From: a virus | Taxonomy: Duplodnaviria; Caudoviricetes | Virus record (IMG/VR): IMGVR_UViG_3300032053_000067 | Coordinates: 1,085 to 65,084 of that record | Length of the DNA stretch: 64,000 nt | Direction: 5' to 3' (one strand) | Shown here: piece by piece, positions 36,623 to 44,700 of the stretch | Layout of the letters: each line of letters starts with the position of its first letter | How positions within the stretch are numbered: the first letter of the stretch is position 1 | Position numbers and translations under genes: made by a program | Notes under the pieces: generated by a model | Told to the model about the DNA's origin: nothing | What the model saw: the letters and a program-made list of their open reading frames with translations, nothing else | Database searches by the model: none

Positions 36623-36826
36623 ATGGGAGCAGCAAAAATTGAGTTGCCGCCGATCCACATGCGGCTGCGCGGGATAGTGATCCACGCCCAGGTACCCGCG
36701 AAATGCGAATGCGGTGGCGGCCTTGAGGTTGTGGAAGGCGCCCAAAACCCGGATATCCCGTTGCCGCACAAGATCTATGCCTGCGTGGACTGCGGCGCGT
36801 GGCAGTACGTGAAACCGGAGGTCTGA
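36623..36826 (+). CDS. Small zinc-ribbon protein
   Basis: AAGGAG SD; CECG...CVDCG. Confidence 0.65.
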   Translation: MGAAKIELPPIHMRLRGIVIHAQVPAKCECGGGLEVVEGAQNPDIPLPHKIYACVDCGAWQYVKPEV

Positions 36827-36827
36827 C

Positions 36828-37187
36828 ATGGCGACATGGACTACCCAGAAGATCGTGGACGCGATCGCGGCGTTGTGCAACGGCGGGTCGGTCAAGTTTC
36901 ACGATGCGGCGCATGTGGTACTGGCAAGTTGTGCGTTTGCGGCGACAGCGTTCGCCGCAGCGACCGAGGCAGGCGTAGCCCAAGCCTACGCGATTGCGAT
37001 CAGCGGGGCGGCCACTGCCGGAACCATTAATCACGCCCACATCTATAAGAGCGATGGAACCACGTCACTCGCTATCCTGACTTGCGACGACGAGGCTGGT
37101 ACGGACCTCGTGCTCAGCCCCAGTCTCGTTCTTAACGCGGGCGATACCGTGTTTATTCAAGCGTTTAATCTTTCAGAACCGGAATAA
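36828..37187 (+). CDS. Putative virion structural protein (paralog of 36197-36577)
   Basis: GGAGG SD; Ala/Thr-rich beta protein. Confidence 0.7.
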   Translation: MATWTTQKIVDAIAALCNGGSVKFHDAAHVVLASCAFAATAFAAATEAGVAQAYAIAISGAATAGTINHAHIYKSDGTTSLAILTCDDEAGTDLVLSPSLVLNAGDTVFIQAFNLSEPE

Positions 37188-37199
37188 GCGGATGCCAAC

Positions 37200-38990
37200 A
37201 TGGCGCTACTAACGGCACTCGGCAAAGGGATCACGCCTACTGAACTCGTCACAAACGGCGATATGGAGTTGAATGCAAATTGGGACAGCACCGGCACGCC
37301 GACAACGTGCGAACGGAGTAACGAGCAGAAACATGGGGGAACTTATAGTTGGAAAGTAGTTACCGATGCCTCGTCGGAAGGTATCCGGCAGCAACCCCTT
37401 CCTGGAACGTATGCAGTAGGTGCCAGGTTTGCACTTACATTTTGGTACTACGGGCCAAATGACGGCATAGGACTTGTTTGTGCGATAGAAAAGTATGGTG
37501 GGGACTGGAGTACTTATTGCTCGACAGTAGTTTATCCGACCACGACCTGGCAGACCGCCACAATATACGGTTCCGCAACGCAGACCCTCCAGATTAGGGT
37601 GGTGTTTGTATCGGTGGCTGCAAAGACCTTTTACCTCGATGATGTCTCGGTAATACATTTTGCAGGCGATGGCGTACCAATCCCGGCGCTTGCGGTAGAG
37701 GGCGCAGGATCGCTGGGGGCGGCCGGGACGATTGCAGCGGCTATGCTCACGCCGCTTGCTGGAGCGGCGGCCCAACAAGGCACGGGCGGAGTGATCTCGG
37801 CGGCATTGCCCACGCCGGTGGCGGCTGCGGCGGCGACGAAGGGTGAAGGCGGGTTCATATCGGCGGCTCTGCCGGTCCCGGCGGCATCAGGCACAACGTC
37901 TGTGGGCGGAACGATCAGCGCGGCGTTGCCGGTCCCCGGCGCGTCCGCAACAGGTACGGCGAGCCTGTCGCCGGGTTTAGCGTATTTGATAACTAAGGAG
38001 GACGATTCCATGCACTCTATAGTTGGTGGCGCAACATCGGTGATCTTGACCGTCGAGATACGCGGCACGGACGGCTTGCCCAAGACCGGACTCGCGTTCG
38101 GGTCCGTGACGGCTTCATACCTGCGTGAAGGCGCGGGAACCGCGGCTACCGTTGTGTCATTGAGCGCGGGCGCGGCAGGCGTCTGGTCCAGCGGCGGGTG
38201 GGTCGAGATGGACCCGACCAACTTCCCCGGTGTCTACCAGTTTGGCGTGCCCAACGCGGCTCTTGCGGCGGCTGTCCGCAGTGTGGCGTTCCGGTTCTCG
38301 GCAGCGGCCTGTTTCCCCAAGACAGTCCAGGTCCGCATCTTGGCGGTAAACCCGGACGACGCGGTGCGCGGGGGTATGACCGGGTTGCCCAACGTGGCGG
38401 CAGGAGCCAGTGGCGGCGTGCCGGTGCTGAGCGCAGGGTTGGAGGTGGCGGCGACAGTGGCGCTGGGAGCAACAGCAGCGAACCTTGCAGACCTCCACAC
38501 GGACGTAGGAACGGCGCTGGCCAACGTGAGCGACGTGCATACCGACGTGGGCACGGTGCTGGCCAATGTGGCGAACCTCGACGGGGACGTGGGCGACCTT
38601 CACACCGACGTGGGCACAGTGTTGACCAACGTAGGCGATCTACATACGGACCTGGGCACGGCGTTGGCGAATCTCGCCAACTTGGACGGTGACGTGGTGA
38701 CGCTGGCGGCTGCCGTGGATGTGATAGACGGCTTGGTGGACGCGCTGTCGGTGGCGGTGGCCGCGTTGGAAGACGCAAGCCCTGCGGACGTAACCGCGGC
38801 TGTGCTCGCCGGGGTGGTCGACGGGGCAAAGACCTTGCAACAGGTATTGCGCCGGGTGAACGCCTACGTGGGCGGGACCGTTGCGATAGTAAACGACGTT
38901 GGCCACTCGCACCTGACGTATAAACGCGAAGACGGGACAACAACCGAAATGGCAGCCACAGTGGCCACTGATGGCCGCACGGTAGCGTGA
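37200..38990 (+). CDS. Putative fibre/receptor-binding protein: carbohydrate-binding-like domain, repeats, coiled coil
   Basis: ELVTNGDME...FYLDDVS (CBM4/9-like), GG.ISAALP.P repeats, DLHTDVGT heptad repeats. Confidence 0.72.
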   Translation: MALLTALGKGITPTELVTNGDMELNANWDSTGTPTTCERSNEQKHGGTYSWKVVTDASSEGIRQQPLPGTYAVGARFALTFWYYGPNDGIGLVCAIEKYGGDWSTYCSTVVYPTTTWQTATIYGSATQTLQIRVVFVSVAAKTFYLDDVSVIHFAGDGVPIPALAVEGAGSLGAAGTIAAAMLTPLAGAAAQQGTGGVISAALPTPVAAAAATKGEGGFISAALPVPAASGTTSVGGTISAALPVPGASATGTASLSPGLAYLITKEDDSMHSIVGGATSVILTVEIRGTDGLPKTGLAFGSVTASYLREGAGTAATVVSLSAGAAGVWSSGGWVEMDPTNFPGVYQFGVPNAALAAAVRSVAFRFSAAACFPKTVQVRILAVNPDDAVRGGMTGLPNVAAGASGGVPVLSAGLEVAATVALGATAANLADLHTDVGTALANVSDVHTDVGTVLANVANLDGDVGDLHTDVGTVLTNVGDLHTDLGTALANLANLDGDVVTLAAAVDVIDGLVDALSVAVAALEDASPADVTAAVLAGVVDGAKTLQQVLRRVNAYVGGTVAIVNDVGHSHLTYKREDGTTTEMAATVATDGRTVA

Positions 38991-39000
38991 GGAGACGGAC

Positions 39001-39111
39001 ATGGCTTTTGACGTACTGGCAATACTGACCGGCGGGCTGGTCGATGAGTTGACCACGGAGGGCGAAGGCGCCGTGAGTGTGACCGTAAGTTATACCAACA
39101 TTGAGACGTGA
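39001..39111 (+). CDS. Small hypothetical protein (36 aa)
   Basis: GAGGAG SD; MAFDVLAILTGGLVDE... Confidence 0.5.
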   Translation: MAFDVLAILTGGLVDELTTEGEGAVSVTVSYTNIET

Positions 39112-39118
39112 GGTGACT

Positions 39119-39358
39119 ATGCCGACTTGTGAATGTGGGGCCGAAATGGTTCCGTGCAGGGTGCAGATCCCCAGCCAGCCAGTGTGGCGGCGTGCTTATA
39201 TCTGCCTGAAATGCGAATCCCCGGAGGCTGTCTTGCCCGCGCAACCTATTGCCGGCTACCAGGCGATGCCCAGTCGCGCCTACAAGTCAAAGTTCGTGGC
39301 AGACGAAGCCGGAGCCGACCCCGGCGAGACGCCAAAATCGGAAGGAGTAGACGGATGA
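39119..39358 (+). CDS. Small zinc-ribbon protein
   Basis: GAGGTG SD; CECG...CLKC. Confidence 0.6.
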   Translation: MPTCECGAEMVPCRVQIPSQPVWRRAYICLKCESPEAVLPAQPIAGYQAMPSRAYKSKFVADEAGADPGETPKSEGVDG

Positions 39359-40200
39359 GTTTTACTACTATACAGGCGGAATGTCGGGTCGCCGGCGTGC
39401 TGGTAGATGCGGCCGCCGTCACGTTGTCCGACTCGACCGCCGCATACGGGGTTCGCCGGACCGATACGTTGGCGGCGGTTGTCGCGGCAGGGACGGCCAT
39501 GACGCGGGTCTCGACCGGCATCTATACCTACCAGCTTGAAGATCCGGCGGCAAGTTTGGTCTACGAGTACGTGGTGAAAGCCACGTTTGGCGCGATATCT
39601 ACGTACCAGAGCGGTACGGCGCACGGCGGCGGGACTTCTGAATCGGCGTTAACCACTTTGGATTCCCGGATCACTCCGTATGCGCCTGGCGTCCAACCCG
39701 CGATGGTGCATCAACTCGAACGGGAAACCTTTCTGGAGTTCTGCCAGGAGTCGGAGATCTGGCGGGTCAAGGTGAAGACCGTGACGCTTGCCCTCCAGGC
39801 CGCCTACACCCTGACGTTGCCTTACCGAACCTCACTCATGAAAGTGCTGACGTTCAGTATTGCCGACGTTCCTGTCGACGTGGAACCGCTGACGCCGGGC
39901 GCCACGGCGATCACGCTGGCAACCGCGCCGACCACGGGAGGCGAGGAGATCGTGGCGTGGGTTGTCGTAATCCCGGACGATATCCGGACCACGGCGCCTG
40001 GCTGGTTCCTGAAACGGTTTGGCCGGGGGATTGCCGCCGGGGTGTTGTCGAAACTGAAGCGTATGGAAAATCAGCGGTGGTCAGCCCCACAAGAGGCCCG
40101 CGAACATGCGGAAACGTACCGGCGGGCGGTAGTTGCGGTGCGGATCGAAGGCGCTAAGTGGCGCGGCGACGAGCATCTCATGGCGGTGCCGTTCTATTAG
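39355..40200 (+). CDS. Putative head-tail adaptor with N-terminal Ig-like domain
   Basis: ITPYAPGV...EFCQESEIWR...IAAGVLSKL...WSAP; start at ATG 39355. Confidence 0.68.
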   Translation: MSFTTIQAECRVAGVLVDAAAVTLSDSTAAYGVRRTDTLAAVVAAGTAMTRVSTGIYTYQLEDPAASLVYEYVVKATFGAISTYQSGTAHGGGTSESALTTLDSRITPYAPGVQPAMVHQLERETFLEFCQESEIWRVKVKTVTLALQAAYTLTLPYRTSLMKVLTFSIADVPVDVEPLTPGATAITLATAPTTGGEEIVAWVVVIPDDIRTTAPGWFLKRFGRGIAAGVLSKLKRMENQRWSAPQEAREHAETYRRAVVAVRIEGAKWRGDEHLMAVPFY

Positions 40201-40214
40201 GCTGGAGGTAGACG

Positions 40215-40544
40215 ATGACAGCAACACAAGTTTTGGACCGGGTACGCGAACATCTGTCTGATGTCGGCGCAGTGCGGTGGACGGACGCGGCCTTGCTAGA
40301 CTTCCTGGCGCAGGCTATCCGGCTGGTGTGCGACCGGCGGCCGGACCTCCTGCTGGGTGAATCCAACGCCCTGGCTACAGTGACTGTGCCAACAGCGGTG
40401 GGCAACACGATAGTTTTGCCGGAGTCGTTCAAAGAGGCGCTGGAATGGATGGTGGCGGGCCGGGCCCTGACCCAGGATTCGCATGACCAGACCAACATGG
40501 ACCGCGGCGCGGCGTATATGCAGCGCGGCGAGGGACTCATTTAA
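40215..40544 (+). CDS. Putative adaptor protein (DUF6682-like)
   Basis: VLDRVREHLSD..AVRWTDAALLDFL...RPD. Confidence 0.68.
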   Translation: MTATQVLDRVREHLSDVGAVRWTDAALLDFLAQAIRLVCDRRPDLLLGESNALATVTVPTAVGNTIVLPESFKEALEWMVAGRALTQDSHDQTNMDRGAAYMQRGEGLI

Positions 40545-40565
40545 CCACAAAGGAGAAAAAAGACC

Positions 40566-40892
40566 ATGAGTAAGGAAAATGTACTTGCACGCGTAACGGT
40601 TTACGGTGCGAGCGAGATGAAGAAGGCGTTGTGCAACCAGATAAGCGCTTGGCTTTGGAGCCAAGCACGCGATCTGATGCATGACGCGCGAACGTACCCG
40701 AAACGTTACTCGCTGACTCGGTTTCGCCGGGAAGATCAACCATTGGTGCGGTTCACCGTTTATGGGGCGGCGGAGATGAGCCGACAGATGCGGCACCAGA
40801 TCGCGGCGTGGCTGCGAAGACATTCCAAAGATGTCATCGTGAGCGGGGAAAAGTATTCGCCCCGCTTCATTGCGCGGTTTTACGCCGGGTAA
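40566..40892 (+). CDS. Hypothetical protein made of two tandem ~52-aa domains
   Basis: RVTVYGASEM...QISAWL versus RFTVYGAAEM...QIAAWL. Confidence 0.72.
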   Translation: MSKENVLARVTVYGASEMKKALCNQISAWLWSQARDLMHDARTYPKRYSLTRFRREDQPLVRFTVYGAAEMSRQMRHQIAAWLRRHSKDVIVSGEKYSPRFIARFYAG

Positions 40893-40903
40893 GGAGCGCA
40901 ACA

Positions 40904-41209
40904 ATGATACATGATGTTGTCACAGAGATGAGGCGTCGGTATTCATTCTATGAAACAACAGGACTTGTGCAAGCGCCGCTCCGTATGGATTACCCAGCGA
41001 ACCCCGCTCACATAGAAGGTTATGCCGGCACTATTACTGGACATACGGGCTGGTGTGATCGTTGTGGCGTTTTGATAGAGGGCAAGGCGGTTTGGCGCGA
41101 ACAGTTTAAGCAGCAGATTTGCGATAAATGCGCAAAGGACCTGAACATTCCTGACATCGAGGTCAACGCGATGGCTGTCCCCGTACCAGCACTTAGGGAG
41201 CGGTTCTAA
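40904..41209 (+). CDS. Hypothetical zinc-binding protein
   Basis: TAAGGAG SD; CDRC...CDKC. Confidence 0.6.
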   Translation: MIHDVVTEMRRRYSFYETTGLVQAPLRMDYPANPAHIEGYAGTITGHTGWCDRCGVLIEGKAVWREQFKQQICDKCAKDLNIPDIEVNAMAVPVPALRERF

Positions 41210-41370
41210 TGTATCGCCTACTCGTTGAAGTCGATGGCCGCCAAATTCACATTCTAGACCTTGCCAGCCGTGCGGACACTGAAGGCACAAACGCGGCGGA
41301 GTTTGAGGATTCGGTCCTGGCTTCGGTCGAGATCGAGTCGCGGATCGAAGACGCGATGGAGGACGGATGA
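41209..41370 (+). CDS. Small acidic hypothetical protein (53 aa)
   Basis: Manual translation MYRLLVEVDGRQIHILDL...; overlaps both neighbours. Confidence 0.5.
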   Translation: MYRLLVEVDGRQIHILDLASRADTEGTNAAEFEDSVLASVEIESRIEDAMEDG

Positions 41371-41753
41371 AGAAAAACGCATTAAACAACCTTCCACAAG
41401 CCCCGACGAGTATTCGGATAGGGCCATACGATTTTGAGATCCGCTGGTGGGGGCGTAACGAGGAAGAGGGCAAGGCACGGTTCGGGGAAACTGACCTAAA
41501 TAATCAGGTGATTTGTCTACCAAAGACTCGAAAACGACAAAAACTGGCGAACACCTTCATCCATGAGGTCTTGCACGCCTGCCAGTTGGTTTACGGTCGG
41601 GATCTCGACAAGGAGGGAAAGGTTCCAGAAGAAGACGCCATAGTAGCAAATTCAATAGGATTGTGCGCGTTTTTCCGGGAAAACAGGGAGGCAGCGGAGT
41701 GGTGGCAAGACCTGATGTACCGACATCCACAGACGGTTTTTGAGGGTTCCTAA
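41367..41753 (+). CDS. Small HExxH zinc metallopeptidase-like protein
   Basis: NTFIHEVLHAC...EEDAIV. Confidence 0.75.
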   Translation: MKKNALNNLPQAPTSIRIGPYDFEIRWWGRNEEEGKARFGETDLNNQVICLPKTRKRQKLANTFIHEVLHACQLVYGRDLDKEGKVPEEDAIVANSIGLCAFFRENREAAEWWQDLMYRHPQTVFEGS

Positions 41754-44700
41754 ATGCCGATACGGATAGACAAGTTTCTCGGGATGATCCCGAAACTGCA
41801 TCCAGCCCAGTTGCCGGACGGCGCCAGCGTCGTCTGCCACAACTTTGTGCCATCGAGCGGTGCCCTGGTCCCGTTCAGCGCCACCGGGCCGTTCACCGTC
41901 CTCCATGACGAAGCCGGCCTGTTGTTGCCCGGCATCCCGGCCACCGAAGTTGTGACAATAGCGAAACCGGTTGCGCCCACCTTGAAATCTAAGGCGTGGC
42001 AGTGCCGTCCCGGTCCCGGAAACTGGCTGAATATCACGCTGGCGACATTTCTGAGCGTGGTTGACGCGGCCGGTGGCCGGGCAACTTATGTCTGGCACGC
42101 GCTGCCGATGGTTTATCGGTATCACTACACCGAACGCGGCATGAACCTGTTTTGCTACGCGGGCGTCCCCGGCCCCCTGATTATGCCACTGGGCGGCCCC
42201 TACTACTTCCGTGGCCCCCGGTTCATGTTCAGTTTTGGGGCAAAACCCGGCGTGTATGGCGGGCCGGCGACTGCGGAAGACGTGCCGGGGTACGTTTTGC
42301 CGGGCAGCCCGGTGTATAGCCGTAATGCGATCCCGCTGATCAATGCCGCCCAGAACGTTTACGGCGAATTTCAGGTTGTGGACTATTCCGGTCCTGTCTG
42401 GGACGAGGATTTCATGGTCTCCGATTATGAAACTTATACATACTGGTTTGCCCCGTTCTATTGCAGTTTCCGGATCGACCTGAATTACGCGGAACCACGG
42501 CGCACCCACAACTATTACGTCACAGCGGAAGTAGATGACCAAGACCGGGAAGGCCCGCCCAGCGAGATATCCCCGCTGATCGTCGTCCGGCCCGGCGAAA
42601 TACCGACTGTCCACACGCCGCATACGGCGCGCCGGGTGCGGTTATACCGGAGCGAGACGGGGCGGGACGTGGATTTCCGGCTCATCGAGGAAGGCACGTT
42701 TGTCGAGTACGAAGACCCGCCAACCCCCGCTCAGGACGACGAGATCCCGCCGTTTGGCGACTGGGCGGCTACGGGCGCACCCAGCGTAGTAGAATTGCTC
42801 CGGGGGAGCGTGGCCCATCCCGCGGGGTTCTTGGCGTGTTTTTATGGCGATACGGTGTGGTTGTCGGACCTGCTTCGCCTGCACGTGTTGCCGGAAGAGA
42901 ATACACATAAGTTTCAGGAACCCGTTTTGGCACTGGCGATGGCCGGCGACACGATTTTGGTGTTTACGGAAACAACGGAAACGGACGGGATAACGCAGCA
43001 AGGCGGGGTTTACGCAATATCCGGTAACGACCCGAGCCAGATGGCCTGCTACAAGATCAGCGGGTCAACGCCGCTCCTGAACGTGGTGGGATTGGCCCAG
43101 GTGGGCAACATGGTCTACTGGCCGACATACGACGGCTTGGCGGTCAGTAATGGGTCGACGGTCGAGATCCCGACCTCGAACTACTGGTTGCGCAAAGACT
43201 GGATAGCGTTGCAGCCCGAGTTGATGATGCTCGAATCCGAGCACGACTGCTTGTACCTGAACGCCTCGTTTACGCCCGCAGCGTTGCCGCCAAGCGGCCC
43301 CGGCTACCACGGAATCCACATAAAATGGGAAACCCTGATGCTCCCGACTTTCCTTGGCGCCGAGGCGCCCGGAAGCGGCCTGAGACTTCGCATTGATCTA
43401 AAGGACGAACTGGCGGCCGTCACGACGTTCTCGGGGTACGATGGCGGCGGGGGCATCTGGCGGAGCCGACTGTTCGAGTTCCCTGTCGAGACCGCGTTCG
43501 ATTTCATCCGGGTAGGCAGTTCGAGCGTGGTGACGGTTGTGGCTACCATCGACGGCGTCGACCAGGCGGGGGTGGATGTGCCTGACGATGACAAGGTCGC
43601 GGTCACGTGGCCGCACGGGCGCTATTACCAGTTCACGTTCAGGGGGACAGGGACAATAACGAGTTTTGAAGCCGAAGACCGGGTGATTGCGGCGGGCCAG
43701 GACGTTCTGGTGTTCACACCCGAGACCGTATCCAGTTTCAGGAACGTCCGGTTCCGGTATTCCGAGCCGCAGACCATTGCGGCTATCGCCCTGACGTGCC
43801 AGTCGGCGGCCGCCGTGACCTTGTCGATGTACGAAGGGGCCGAAGTTGACCCGTTTTACACTCTGACCGGCATATTTGACCGGATCGTCCCCATACCATT
43901 GGCCAGCCGGGTTCGTGCGACTGATTTCAGGATCGAGGTGGATACCGAAGTCAGGATCGAGCAGTTGGTCGTGGCGCGCGAGGTGTCGATGCCGGCCGGT
44001 GAGGTAATCCAAGAGGCAAACGCGGGGTTGGTGTCGTCGTGGTTGACCAAAGTGTACACTTTTGTACAAGGCGCGCAGACCCGGAGCGTCCGGGTGTCTG
44101 CCACTGAGCCGGTGACGATGCGCCTGTATTACGACGACGCGACAACGCCGAGCGAAGAACTGGAGATTGGGGACGCCTGGGAACATCGCGTGGTCAGCGC
44201 GAGTTTCACGCGGTTGCGCTACTGCTTTGTGGACGACGACGACCTGCCTGCGGACCATTTGGCGGGATCGGTGGTGGTAGCCACGTCCGTGCCGACGGAA
44301 GCGCCGGCTGAGGGCGTTCACCTGCTGGGGGCACCGGCCTACCGCGGGCAAGTCTACCGGTTCCATGAGCGAGGCCGGTACAGCGCAATCCAAGTCACGG
44401 CAGACGCCTACCCGTTGTGGTTGGACATCTACGAGTGGGCTGACCGGGAAGATCCAGCTTACACGGTCGTGATAAGCGACGATAAGACTGTCGCCCTGCC
44501 ATGGGACGTAAGCGAGACCCCGACGTTGTGGGAGTTCGACCTTCGAAGCACCAAAACGGGGCTGGAAACCCGCGTACACGGGATGCACCTGTATCCGAAG
44601 ACGGGGGTGCAGTCGGCGGACGACATCCATGTCGGCAATAGCGGCGGCGGTGCGCCGTGGTTGTGGGCGCGCTACGAGTTCGAACGAGCGACGCGGTTCT

